NCBI GenBank assembly: GCA_020639315.1 | Contig: JACKGM010000002.1 | Location: 94,321-158,320 of the forward strand | Length of the DNA: 64,000 nucleotides | From: Candidatus Nomurabacteria bacterium | Lineage (GTDB): Bacteria; Patescibacteriota; Saccharimonadia; JAGOAT01 | Direction: 5' to 3' | Program-made: the position numbers and the translations under genes | Shown: in pieces, positions 16,667 to 31,600 of the stretch | Layout: every line of letters begins with the position of its first letter | Numbering within the stretch: the first letter of the stretch is position 1 | Notes under the pieces: model-generated | The model's database searches: none | Seen by the model: only the letters and a program-made list of their open reading frames with translations | What the model was told of the DNA's origin: nothing

Positions 16667-19600
16667 ATGGTTAAATCTAGTAGCATAAAAAATTATTGGG
16701 CGGGTCTCACCCTCACCCTCCTACTCACCCTTAACACCTTGCTCCCAGCCCTCAGCTATGCCCAGATCACACCAATCCCCAACTCGCCCGATCAGCTAAG
16801 TAAGTCATCCCAATCATCCAGGCAAGTCAGTCAGCTAGCTCAAACAGAAGTAGATAATACTACCTCAAGTAGCCCCCTTAACCAAGCAGGTCAAGTAGCT
16901 AGTAATCTAGCTAGTCAAGTGATTGACGATCTGAGTCAAGTAGCTAGTGAGGTTTCTGATTCAGCTGAAGCAGCCTACCTCCAAAACGACTCAGATGGAT
17001 TTTACTATGTAGACTTCATTGGTAATGATGCCGGAGTAGTACCCAATGGTGGGTTTGGAGGCATTAGTAATAACTATCTAAGTAATAATATTGCTGGTAC
17101 TGTCAGTATTGATCCAGCAGGAGGCAATACTGCTACAGTCTCCACCGTCGAAATCAGACCCAACTCCTTCGATGGTTGGAATCAAGTAGAGCTAGAAGCT
17201 ACCTACTCTAGTACCAATGCCATTAAGATTAATCTCCTGACTTGTGATGATAACCTTGTCCCCAATACTCCAATCCCAGGATTTCAAAACCTCACCCTCT
17301 CTGGTGGAGTAGTAGACATCTCTAGTCTTAATCATATCCCACCGACTGGGTATGACTGCATCCGAGTCCAAGTAGTAATGGACAACCTAGCAGGTAGTAT
17401 TCCTGCTCCAGTAGTATCTAAGATCAAAGCTAGCTGGATTCCATTACCAGTCCTACTAATCGATCACTTAACCCCAGACCAAGTAGAAGTCGGTCAAGTG
17501 ATTGTCAATACCCTTAGGCTATCAGTCTCTTATGCTGAGGCTTGTGAGGTAGTAGCTTACGCACCTCTTCCTGAGACAGGAGCTACAGACCCTGATAACT
17601 ATGTCGACAATTATACTCCTAGCTATGGTCAAAACCCCAATCCCAGCTTGATCGAAGCTAGTGACAACGGAGCATATACCGCTAGTCAAATCACTATAGG
17701 GGACACTACTATCCCAGCCAACTCAGTCTACTGGGATCTAGGGTGTCTCAAGGCAGGATACACTGGCAAACTAACCTACAAGCTTAAGACCTTAAATGGT
17801 TGGGAAAATGGTATCCTTTATCATACTCAAGCCTATGCTGGAGCCGAGTCTCCAGTAGCCCCAGTCACTAGTGACAGTGACAAGACTACCAGTGGAGCCC
17901 AAAAGAACCTAACCGAACTAATCTCTACTCCCAAGCCAGTGATTGACAAGACAGTGTCGGGGACTTTTTATTACAACTATATTCACTATGTCTACGATAA
18001 TGCAACTGCTGGCTATACCCCTCAAGTCACCTACTATATCAAGATTTCCAACGCAATCAATCAGTTTACCGGTGTAGAAACTATCTTCAATGCTAGTATC
18101 AGCGATGATCTGAGTGATATCTATGATAAACTAGCCAACCAATGCGGAGTAGCTACTCCCGGTACGAGGATTAGCAATATCAGCACTGGTGGGGTGCTCG
18201 ATGATACTACTCTAGGATCTGAGGTAATTGACTGGACTGGTCTAGGTAATATGTTACCAAACCAGAGCAAATATGTAAGTTTTTCTGTCAATTATGCAGG
18301 TTGTCCTGACGATCAAGTGATCAACAATACTGCTACCTTTAGTGCTGACAATATTAGCGATATTTCAGATGCAATTGATGTGGTAATCAATTTGCCAGCA
18401 GATATTGAGCAGGTAGGGATTTACCCTAGAAAATATTTTGGAGATACTACCTACAACAATCTCTCTACTATTAGCTTGCCGATGATCAATAGTGGGACTA
18501 CTACCTTGGGTGATCTTGTCACGATTGACAAGATACCGAAGAGTTTAGCCGATGGAGATACGGTAAACAACCAACCCCACAGTACCGATTTCGTCAATGC
18601 TAGCTTACCCAACGGAGTCAATGGTAGTATTTGGTATCGTACAGACGAAGTAGATAGAAGTATGACAGATCCCCCAGGATACGATCCCCTGACTGGAGTA
18701 ATGACTGGCTGGATTGATTATTTACTGAACCCACCCGCTGATCCTAGTGATGTGACCTGGGTGGCATTTCGGGTAGATTGTCTCAATAGCAACTTATTTG
18801 ACGCTCCTACTAGTGGCAGATGTGCCAATCAGCCTACTTCTACCACTGCCAAGATAACAGTCAAGGCGATGCAAGATACGACCTGTAGTATTCGTACTCT
18901 TAGCAATCAAGCTCTCTTTTATGCTTATGAAGGTGGCAGTGAGCTACCTTTCTCTGATCCATTGACCGCACCTCAATTGCCCAGCGACCTTGCTACCCCA
19001 CTCCAAAATATCCAGTCTGATCCAGCTCTGATTAGTCCAGTCACACCGAGGGTGATTACGGATATTAGTGGTCCAGTTGGCGTGACTCCTCCTGGAGAAA
19101 TTGAATACACGATCAAGCTCTCAACCCTATTTGAAACTGCCTTAAATACCGTAGTCACCATACCGACTCCAGTAATCAATGTCGGAGGAGCCAATACCTA
19201 TCTCAAGCTAGTCAATGTCGATACTACTACCGGCTCAGTCGACCTAAGCAAGATCTATAGCTCACCCTATCAGATGACTATCAACCTAGGCAATCTACCT
19301 GCTGGTAGTTCTGAGACTATTACTATCAAGTACCTAGTGTCAGCTGGGACATTGCCATACAAAAACATTGATATTACTCCGACCACTACTTATCAAGACA
19401 ATGCCAACTGTCCAGTGGTAGGCTCGACTGATACAATTCGAACCCAAATCTACCCCGGTGTTGCCAGTCTCATCACCTACAAAGAAGTCACTGAATCCCT
19501 AATCCCCACTGGAGACAATATCCACTATGCTCTCCATTTCCAAAACATCGGTATCAACCCTACTACTCAGACTTGGGTAGTAGACAAAGTCCCTGACAAG

Positions 19601-22600
19601 ACAGTCTTAGACTACCTCTATCTCAATGGCACAGATCCAGTCGGCAATAGCTATTCCTGTACCAATTGCAAAGCCTATTTCTCTAAGAGTATCCCACCCT
19701 TGCCGAGTGATCTTTCTCCCTCTGATCCGCTTGATCCCACCATTATCAATAACAACTTTACTCTAGGTACCCAGGAAGCCAATCCCTCTGGGGGTACTCG
19801 CTGGGTCTCACCCTTCGGGATAGAGACTAGTTACTTCGCAGTATTAGTAGACAACAGTGCCTTGACTCCCTCAATGTTCCCAGTCGGAGCGATCGGTAGT
19901 GTCGGAGTAGAGGTAACTAATGATTCGAACAATACTACTCCCACAGTCGAAGGTTCTCCTGCAGGATCAATTATCTCCAACTCCAATGCAATCCTCTCAA
20001 GTGAACTACTCCAAGCGATCGCACCTCCAGTCTTTACCACTATCTTGCCTAGTCCTGGTCTAGCTATCAACAAGTATGAAGTCACTAGTAGTGGTAGTGA
20101 AGTCCTCAAGGCTGGAGAAGCCTTCCAGTGGAAGATAGACTATCTCAATGACTCAGGTACTACCAATTCAGTCACTAGAATCATTGACCACTTACCAGCC
20201 GGAGTAAGTCTAAGCTCGATTAAAAACAGCTTTAACAGTCATGCTATTAGTCAAGGTGCTAGTAGTGGAGAAGTCGACATTACGACTAACCCCGTAGTCA
20301 GTATTGTTAGCAACCTAGATGGGACAGCTACTATCACAATTGAAATCGCCAATGATGATGGTACTAGCCCTAGTCTCCGTGGCTCAGGACTAGGATTAGC
20401 TGATCGTGAGGGAGGAGTAATCACCCTAAACCTAGTAGCAGATACCGATCTAGTCACTGGCTCAATTATTACCAACAAAGCCGATGGTTACTATGAAGAC
20501 AGTAGTGGCAAGCCCGGACAAGTCACCGACACTGACACTCTAGTAGTCCGTAACCCAGACCTAGCTATCTCCAAGCAAGTCTCTAGGACTGATCCCATAC
20601 CTTCATCTGCCCCCAATCAAGACTTCTTTAACTACACCCTCCTAGTCTCCAATGAAGGTCTAGCTAGTGCCAATAATGTAGTGATCACCGATACCCTTGA
20701 TCCTGGTATTTGCTACAACTCCGCTACCCCGACTGTGATCTCAGTCTCCGGGGGTTGGAGCTTACCAGCTCCGACTGTCAGTGGTACTTGTGCTAGTGGT
20801 CAGACCCTTACTTGGAACGGGACAATCGATCATACCTCCTACCCGACTGGTACTATCCCCGCTCTCTCTGAGCAAATCCTAATCACCTACAAAGTATATA
20901 TTGATCAATCTATTGCCAATAATACTACCTTGAGTAACAATGTATCGGTCAGCTCGACTGACATAGAGAGTCCAGATAATTATCCCAATACCGCTACTAG
21001 CTCAGTCACTACTCCCGAAGCTGATCCTTACGCTATTAAAGTCGGAGAGAGAACCGTAATCCCCGGAGAGACTTGGGAGTTTAATCTAATCTATGGTAAT
21101 GACTCTAGAGCAGAAGCTACTGGAGTATACCTAATCGATACTCTACCCGACTGGGACACTACTAGTGATCCGAGTGGAGCTGGACAGAGCGATGTCACCC
21201 TCAATTTCGTCAGTGTTAGTAATGGGGAACAAGTATATTACCACTCAGGAGCAATCACTGCCTCTCCTCCAGCCTTTGATCCCAACAATCCGACCAGCAA
21301 TGGTTGGACTCTTACTCCCGGGACTGGTTCGTCCTCTCCCAACTATATTGCTATCTTACCTAATCCTAGTACTCTAGCTAGTCAAGCTGGACCATATACA
21401 GTATCTATCAACTTGACAGCTACTGATCCAGACACTGGGTTTAACCTACCCTCGGGCACTACTCTCACTAACAATGTTGACATCTATGCTGATACTGACA
21501 TCAATACTACTAACAATCATAGTAATGCTACGACCAAGACTCCTAGCTCCGACCTCGCTATCACCAAGACCTCAGACCCTTCAGGATCCTATCCTGGTAT
21601 CGCTCCTGGAGAAGCACTGACTTATACCCTCAGAGTAGAGAATAAGGGGACAGAGTCTACTTGTCAGATCGGAGTAACAGATGACTTGACTAGTAACCTA
21701 GCCTATCTAGAACCCCAGACCCCACTCCATAGTCTCGGTACAGTTGAGCTTCGTAACATTAGTGACAATAGCTCTACCGACTTCGTCAATCTAGTAGGAG
21801 ACAAGATCACTGACTTAGTCGGAGTGACAGACAACTCAACAGCATCAATGCTAGATATTGAGATAGGAGACAGCACCAATCCCCCTAATACTGTCTGTAT
21901 GCCAGCCAATACCTACTTTGAGTTTCAAGTATATACTAGAGTCCTAGATAGTACCCAGGACTCAGTAGAGATTGTCAATCAGGCTACTGTGACCAAGCTC
22001 TCTACTCCAGTAGAAGATTATCTAGACAACAATACTGACAGTAGTAGTGTAGTAGTCTGGAGAGCAGACCTCTATACTCACAAAGATGGCTTTGGTTGTG
22101 GAGCTGATAACAACTGTAATTCTACAGCTGACAATGATGATACTTACATAGATGCTGGGGAGAGAATACATTATGACGTCGAGTATGGCAATGTTGGTAA
22201 CATCTCAGCTGACAATCCTGACCTAGTCGAATCAATTCCTGTAAATACTTGCTATCGTCAAAATTCTGTCACCAATCAACCCCCCAATACTACTTTACAA
22301 TACAGCAATGACAATGGTATCACCTGGGACTATACCCCAGTCTATACCAATAGTCAGGATTGTAGTATCACAGACCTAAGATTTCACTGGAACTCTGAGC
22401 TGCCAAATTCTCGGTACTTTGGAGAGGCGGGGAGTTTTACGGGGGTTAAGAGTCAGATCAATACAATACCATCTGACTATTTAAGCCCGGGTGGAATTGA
22501 GAAGATATTGGCTAGTGATGGGGCTTCTGGTGACTTGTTTGGTTATAGCGTAGCAATCGATGGAGACCGGGTCGTGGTCGGGGCATACAGGGATGGCGAC

Positions 22601-25600
22601 AATGGCACCGACTCCGGCTCCGCCTACCTCTACGACTGGGATGGCAGCAGTTGGGTCGAGACCAAGCTACCTGTTAGTGATGGGGCGGCTGGTGATAGCC
22701 TCGGCTACAGTGTGGCAATCAATGGAGACCGGGTCGTGGTCGGGGCACTTTATGATGACGACAACGGCAGCAACTCCGGCTCCGCCTACCTCTACGACTG
22801 GGATGGCAGCAGTTGGGTCGAGACCAAGCTGACTGCTAGTGATGGGGCGGCTAATGACCGGTTCGGTCAGAGCGTAGCAATCGACGGAGACCGGGTCGTG
22901 GTCGGGGCATTTTATGATGACGACAATGGCATCTACTCCGGCTCCGCCTACATCTACGACTGGGATGGCAGCAGTTGGGTCGAGACCAAGCTGACTGCTA
23001 GTGATGGGGTGTTTAATGACTGGTTCGGCTACAGTGTAGCGATCGATGGAGACCGGGTCGTGGTCGGGGCATACAGGGATGACGACAATGGCACCGACTC
23101 CGGCTCCGCCTACCTCTACGACTGGGATGGCAGCAGTTGGGTCGAGACCAAGCTGACTGCTAGTGATGGGGCGGCTGATGACCGGTTCGGCCAGAGCGTA
23201 GCAATCAATGGAAACCGGGTCGTGGTCGGGGCACCTTATGATGATGACAATGGCACCGACTCCGGCTCCGCCTACCTCTACGACTGGGATGGCAGCAGTT
23301 GGGTCGAGACCAAGCTGACTGCTAGTGATGCGGCGGCTGATGACTGGTTCGGCTACAGTGTAGCGATCGGTGGAGACCGGGTCGTGGTCGGGGCATACAG
23401 GGATGACGACAATGGCGCCAACTCCGGCTCCGCCTACCTCTTCAGTCCCGAGGATGGAGTCTGGACCCAACAAGTTATTAAATACTACACCTCCGCTTAC
23501 TACTACAAATACACTACCGTCAGTCCCACCCTCCACGACTCCTGGAGCAAGCTCCTAATAGACTCAGAAATCCCAGAGGGTACATCGATCACCTACTCCC
23601 TCTATAGCAATAGCACCTGTACCACCTCCCTCGGTACTCAGTGGCAGAATCAGCCAGTCACCTCAGTAGTCGACATCTCTAGTATTCCTGCTACAGTGAC
23701 TAATATCTGTATCCGCTTCGACTTCGATCGGACAGCCAACCCGACTGCCGAACCTAAGATCTATGGATATACCTTTACCTATCAAGGACCAGTCACTAAG
23801 TTTGGCTTTGATGTAGTAGCAATGCAAGATACTACCTTAACTACTATAGACAACAATGTCTCTATTGCTACCGCTACTCCCGAACTCTTGACTAGCAACA
23901 ACACTGATACTGATAGAATGTTCTTACTTCAGTCAGACTTAGAGCTTAAGAAGTCAGTCGATCTCTCAGCCATCACTACGACTGAGATATCTAATGGTGA
24001 TACCCTGACCTATACTCTAGAGTTTAGTAACCTCGGACCAAATACTAGTAATGCAGTAGTAGTTACTGACCAGCTTCCTCTAGCCTTCCAGACAGATCCT
24101 CCTAGTACTCCAGTGATCGTGGCTACCCTAGACAGTGGGGCAACTATGCTCTGTAGTTTTGATTCAGCCAACCGTAAGATTTACTGTGACAATGATGGAT
24201 CCTCAGCTACTGCCTCTACTCTCACTCTAGCTCCCGGAGAGGGAGGAGTAGTGACTATCACTCAGCCAATCAATCCAGCTGATCCTGGAGCAGTCGATGG
24301 CTCAATCCTCGTAAATACTGCTAGTATTGACTCATCCACCCTCGACCCTACTCCAGAGAACAATACTGACTCAGCCTCGACTCTAGTCGGGACTGCTAGT
24401 AATGTCTATGCTGTCAAGACTGGTAGTGATATCAAAGCCAACCTCGGTCAGGAGTACACCTACACTATTGAGTTTGGTAACAATGGCAATCAAGATGCTA
24501 CTAACTTCAGTCTAGTAGATATTCTTGACAATACTCACCTCTCGACCAACCCTAGTGAGATCCCAGTAATCGATCAATCCAACCTAGCTACTGACATCCC
24601 TGGGCTAGTCTGTAGCACTGAGGGAACTGCACCAGACTACACTATCTACTGTGATGATGATGGAGATAGCTCTACTCCATCAAGCTTCACCCTGACTAGT
24701 GGCTCAGCTTCTAGTATTGATATCACAGTTGTTGTTAAGGGTGACATCAACCTCTTGACCAACCCCTACACAGTAGTAGAGAACATAGTATCAGTCGATA
24801 CTACCAGTACTGAAGTAGACATCACTGACAATACTGATACTCACGAAGTACCAATCATTCCAGCTGGTCTCTCAACTATCTCTGGTACTGTCTTCTATGA
24901 CCAAGACAAGGACATAGCGATCGATGATGGTGACTATGGGATAGAGGGAGTAGATGTCTTCCTCAGTGGAGTAGACTTGCTCGGGAATATCCTAGTGCCA
25001 GACAAGAATCAATATCCAGTAGAATACGAACAAGCTATGACCAATCTAGTCAGTCAAGGACTAATCCCAGCTGGTAGCTATAGTGCTTCAAATCCCTATC
25101 CAGCCGGATACTTGATCACTAGCCCAGTGATGACTGATCAAAATGGTCACTATGGTTTTGCTGGTCTCTATCCTGGTACTTACAATCTCTATGAAACTCA
25201 GCCCAGCCAATATGCTTCTACTGGCTCAGACAATGGCTTCCTGGGCTATGATAGTAATGGTGACCCCTTGCCTGACCCTAGTAATGGTCCAGACGGAGCT
25301 GGGACTGATCCTAGATACGGAGAAGGGAGCTTACAGACATCTGATCCACTAACAGTCAATCAGATTAACTCAATCGTACTACTTGAAAACGAAGACTCAA
25401 TAGAGAACAACTTTGGTGAAGTAGGACTATCCCTCGGCAACTACGTCTGGAATGATTTAGACAACTCCGGTACTGTCAACGGTAGTGAGACTGGTATCGA
25501 TGGTGTAGTACTAGAGCTCTATCAAGATACCAACTCCAATGGAGTCTATGATCCTGGGATAGATGCTCTAGTCTCAAGTACTGTCACTGGAGACAATCCA

Positions 25601-28600
25601 AACACCACTGGAGTGACTGAAGTAGGCTGGTATCAGTTTGATGGCCTAATCCCAGGAGATTACCTAGTCTTAGTCACTAGTACAAACTTTGATACTGGTG
25701 CAGTCCTAGAGAACTACTTTAGCTCTACTCTAGTAGTAGACCCAGATAATGACACCGACAATGATGACAATGGAGTAGTAGTCAATGGCGGAAGTGATTA
25801 CTCAGCTGGGGTAGCATCTCAAGCTATTACCCTAGAACCATTGACTGAACCAATCACTGATGAGGATACTGATAGTAATACTAATAACACATTGGACTTT
25901 GGGTTTTACCAGACAACTAGTTTGGGCAACTATGTCTGGAATGATGGTAACCACGATGGCATCCAAGACATCACTGAGTCGGGAGTAGACGGAATAACTG
26001 TCACCCTCTACAGTGCAATCGATGACAGCATAGTATCTACTACTGTCACGGGAGACAATCCAGACACTGTAGGAATCATCGAGACTGGTTGGTATCAGTT
26101 TGATGATGTTCCTGCTGGAGACTATTACATCACCTTTAGTAGTTTACCTACCAACTATGTCTTTACCTCCGCTAATCAAACTACTGATCAATACGACTCT
26201 GATGTCGAGAATCTGACTACTGGACAAACCGCTACCTTCACTCTAGCGACTGGAATAATGCCTGACAACTATTACCCAGACATTGATGCCGGGATCTATG
26301 ATACTAGCTTAAGTATTGGTAATACTGTCTGGATCGAAAATGGCAATAACTCAGTCTATGACTATATCACTGACACTGGAGTCAATGGGGTGACTCTAGA
26401 GCTTTACCTAGATACTAATGACAATGGTGTCTATGACAGTGGAGTAGACACCCTAGTCTCTACTACAATCACGGGAGACAACCCAGCTACTACCGGGGTG
26501 ACTGAATCAGGCTGGTATCAGTTTGCTGGTCTGAGCGCAGGAGACTACTTCGTCCTAATCCCAGCTAGTCAGCTAACTACTGGGGGAGCTCTATATGGAT
26601 ACAGTTCAATCTCAGGACAATCTGGAGATGATCAGATAGATAGTGATGACAATGGAGAACTGTCTAGCTATGGAGTAATCACTCAAGTAATCAGTCTTGC
26701 TACTGACTCAGAGCCGAGTAATGATGGAGATGGTAGTATCAATAGTGACCTCACTATTGACTTTGGCTTTGTGGCTCAAGAGTTAGGACTTGATATCACA
26801 AAAGACATTAATAATCTAGTACATATCTCTGATAACCTTTACTCAGCTAGTGTTACTATCACTGCTAGTAACCTCGGAGGTCAGGACCTGACCAACTTCC
26901 AGCTAGTCGATAATATTGAGACTAGTCTAAACCTCACTAGCTCGGACATCACAGTCACTACTATGCCAGTGATTGATAGTGGGTTTGTGTTATCAGACAT
27001 TACAGCCTCAGACCTAAACTCTAGCTTTAGTGCAAGTAGCTTAGACCCAGACATCTTTAGCTCCGGGCTAACCCTCCTAGATGGTGACTCAGGAGTAATC
27101 AGCTTCACGGTGGAGCTCAATATCACTGACTACTACTCAGTCTTTAGTAATGCACCGAGCTGTAACCCTGACCCAGCTTTGACTTCTACCCCTTGGATTG
27201 ATATCGATGCTTTTGGTAATGGGACAATTGTCGGTACGACTGAGGCTAATGCTACTGTAGCTATCTATGTCGATTCTTCACTGTTTGCTACTACTGTAGC
27301 TGACAGTAATGGTTGCTACCTATACAATTTCACATCAACTGATTTGCCTTGTACTGCTGGCGATCATACGATTACTGTCTATGATACTGAGAGGGAGTGG
27401 ATGAGTAGTGTTGATTTTCAGGCCAATACACCTGGGACAGATTTGGGCTTCTTCTTTGATGTCACTACTGACCCGACTACCTGGACACCACTGCCCGACT
27501 CGGCACCCGGAGATACTTTTACTGGCGGGATTGGTGATGTCGTCACTACTAGAGATGGTTCTATCACCTATTCTCCAAAGTTGATAGACCTGGACAATAT
27601 ACCCTATTCAGTAATTGATATCTATGACACTAGTGACAAGGACAACATTAGCTTACTTGGTAGTATTGATTTGGGCAGTTACGCATATGGAGCAGCAGTA
27701 GCCTTATCACCTGATCAAACAAAACTTTTTGTGGCAGAATATCGACCTGCTACATTCCCAGGAGTAATAACAGTCTACGATGTTTCAGCTGTCCCGACTA
27801 CTATTCCGACGACTCCGATCCAAACTATTAACCTACCAGGGATAACAACTGGACCAATCGATCTAGAGATAGACAACCAAGGAATTGTTTGGGTAGCAGC
27901 TGACTTCCAGACTGGTGGAGCTATCTATACCATTGACTCAAACAATCTAGGAGCTGGTGCTACTCTGGCTCACTCTCTAGCTGGGGCAATGGCTCTAGAG
28001 ATCTCTAAGAGTATGAACAAGCTCTATATATACCAATATAATTCAGTTGATCAGATCAGTGTAATCGATACACTGTCAGGCACCTTAACAACTGGAGTCC
28101 ATACTCTTGATACCAATAATACTACTAGCGACTACTTTGTATCAGCCGCAATTGATCCTTATGGGTTCTATTACTACGTACCAGATCCTTTAAATCATGA
28201 GATTGATATGCTGGATGTAGTTAGTGGGGCATATTTAGGCTCAATTGCTCTACCTAATGATCTGTTGATTACTTCAGTGTATATGACTATTGACGGAAAG
28301 TATTTAGTAGCATCTGGAGTAAATGATGGATCAATCGATCCCGGTTTAGAAAACACTAGAGAATTGGCAGTATTTGATACTTCACTAATTTCAATCAACC
28401 CTGGAGATTATATGCTACTGTCTAGGATCTCATTAGGCGTTAGTAGTGAGAGTTGGGGATATGCTACCTTCGGAGGTGGAGCACCTTCAGCTAGTCTGAC
28501 TGCCCCAGAGGGAGATTGTGTCAACACCCTCCCCAACATCGCTAGTCTGACTAGTGATCAATCTAGTGTCAGTGACCCAGCTAGTTTCGGAGCTTCTACC

Positions 28601-31600
28601 CCTAATCCAGCTCTTGATCTAGTTAAGTCAATCACTACTGTTCCAGAACTCTTAAGTCTAGACTCTTACCGCTACACTATTGATCTTCGATTGGAGAATA
28701 CTGGTAATGTCGACTTGTCTCAGCTAAATCTAGTAGATGATATTGAGACCGAGATCCCTGGAGTAGTAGTCACTGCTGTCAATAGCGTTACTGTCTCTAC
28801 TGCCCCCGCTACTGGGACTCTGACTCTCAACCCTAGCTATGATGGTAAGTCAACCAACCCTCAATTGCTTGATCCTTTGACTTCAGATCTACCGATCGGT
28901 GAATTCGCAGTGATTACAGTAGTAGTAGACTTAGACTACAGTGGAGTCACAGAATCGCCAGCTGACAATACAGCTACTGTAGACGGAGTAGATACCGTAG
29001 ACCCTGACAACACCGTGAGTGATCAGAGTACTGCTGAGATGGATCCTAGTAATATCCCTACTCCTGACTTGACTATCGTCAAAGACACCCTCCCCGCTAC
29101 CACTGACCCTGAGCTAGCTACTTGGCTCAGTGATGGAGTGACAGAGTACAGCTACAGTCTAACCCCAGCCCTGAGTGGAGCAGAGATAGTCAATAGTGGG
29201 GGTACTAGTCCAATCAGAGTACTAGACAATCTACCTCCAGAACTGACTATGACTGATTACCCAACTGGATCAGACGCAGTCAACTGGGACTGTAGTGCTT
29301 CTAGTCTAGGTAGCCCAGCAATTCTAGACTGTAACTACCTGGGTTCTTACCCAGTCTCTCCAGCTACCCTAGAGAGTATTATCGTGACAGTCACTCTTAA
29401 TCCCGGAGTAGACCCTAATACCACTATTACCAATACTGCTACTGTCTCCTCTACTGAAGAACCAGTGGTTAATCAAGACAACAATAGTGATAGTGAAGAG
29501 ATTGGTGTCCTAGGAGTAGTAGACCTAGAGCTGACTAAGTCAGTCAACAATCCTACTCCTTTACCCCTAGACCAAGTGACTTGGAGTATTACAGTCAGTA
29601 ACAATGACACAGGTAATGGACTATCAGATGCTACTGGAGTAGTAGTAGAAGATATCATCTCTGGACTAGCTCCAGACCTAGTCTACTTCTCTCACTCTAT
29701 TACCGATGCTCCTAGTGCTGGTACCATAGGAAGCTTTGATCCTCTAACAGGAGTATGGAACATTGGAGATATCCCTAGTGGAGAAGAGACTACCCTAGAA
29801 ATCACGATGGATCTCTCAGCCACTGCTACTGGTACAATCAAGAACTTGGCTCAGGTCACTGGACTCGATCAAGTAGACATTGATTCTGATCCCAATGACA
29901 ATACTTCAGCCCCAGACCCAGATAGTCCTAGTGACCCCGGTAGTAAGCCAGTCACAACTACCAACCCTACTGGTCTAGACCTCCATGATGATGAAGACAA
30001 TGCCGAGATCACCCTCTTGCCTACTCCTGACTTGACCATCGTCAAAGACACCCTACCCGCTACCACTGACCCTGAGCTAGCTACTTGGATCAGTGATGGA
30101 GTGACAGAGTACAGCTACAGTCTAACCCCAGCCCTGAGTGGAGCAGAGATAGTCAATAGTGGGGGTACTAGTCCAATCAGAGTACTAGACAATCTACCTC
30201 CAGAACTGACTATGACTGATTACCCAACTGGATCAGACGCAGTCAACTGGGACTGTAGTGCTTCTAGTCTAGGTAGCCCAGCAATTCTAGACTGTAACTA
30301 CCTGGGTTCTTACCCAGTCTCTCCAGCTACCCTAGAGAGTATTATTCTGACAGTCACTCTTAATCCCGGAGTAGACCCTAATACCACTATTACCAATACT
30401 GCTACTGTCTCCTCTACTGAAGAACCAGTGGTTAATCAAGATAACAATAGTGATACTGAAGAGATTCTGACTGAAGATCCGATCCTTCCCCCTGACCCTA
30501 CCCCAATGGTCGGGATAGCCAAGAGCATCGGAGCTATCACTCAGACTACAGACCCATTAGATCCAGGACAGCTGATAGCTAATAGCTATGATATCCCAGT
30601 CACCCTGACAGTCAGAAACTATGGCCTAGGACAAGCCTTAATGGTTGATGTCACTGATGACCTAGTAGCTACTTTCCCTGACTTAGACCCAACTCAAATA
30701 GTAGTCTCTACCCCAGTCTCAATCACTACTACTCCAGACTCAGTAGTAGCCAATCCAAACTATGATGGAGTAACTGATACTAGTCTAACTATCCCAGCAG
30801 ACTCTAGTCTAGCTCCAGACCAAGTAGCAGTCCTAAGCTTTACTCTGACTTTGACTAGTCCTACCCTAGACCATGACTACTTCAATACAGCTCTAGTCAC
30901 TAGTACTGATACTAATGACAATACCTACACTGATGACTCCCAAGACGGACTAGACCCAGACAATGGCTCAGATGATCCAGCTAGCAATGGCAATGATGAT
31001 CCTACAGACAATACAGAGCCTAGCCTAATCCTGATCCCAGACACCACCCAACCCCTCCCCATTTCCGACCTCTCCCTGACTAAGTCCCTTGAGACCACCG
31101 AAGAGATTAGGATAGGAGATACAGTCACCTTCGCTCTCAAGCTAACCAACAATAGTACCACCACCTCAGCCCCAGGACCAATCACTGTGACTGATACCCT
31201 CCCCACAGGACTAACCTTCATAGGATTTACTAGTGCCAACCCCAACTTCAACTGTAGTGGTACTACTACAGTAACCTGCACTCTAGATGATAGTATTCTT
31301 CCTACTCTTAGTGAGACAGTATATATCAATACCTACATAGGAGAAGACACCTCAGACACTATCTCCAACATCGCTACTCTAGCCACCACCACCTCAACCG
31401 ACCCAGACCAAACCAACAACACAGGTCTAGTCAGTGGTATTAGTATTACCACCCCAGAGCCAGAACCCGAACCTACCCCCACCCCAGAACCCACCCCAAC
31501 CAACTCCAATACCAAAGACATCACTTCAAACTCTATCTTGCCTAATACTGGTATCCTCTCTCATCCAGTCACCCAATTACTCTTACTAATCTCTATAATC

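Noticed and set aside
22667-23536. 289-aa minus-strand ORF, plus several + strand ORFs (22560-22832, 23370-23558), inside the giant gene
   Set aside because: These are shadow ORFs created by the GC-rich tandem repeat. They are repetitive and low-complexity, and fully nested in a much better supported 4,992-aa frame.
29057-30456. Near-identical repeat pair in a surface protein as a possible DGR template/variable region pair
   Set aside because: The 7 differences are not adenine-specific (T>C, C>A, C>T, G>C and so on). Both copies are in-frame coding modules, and no reverse transcriptase is present in the window.
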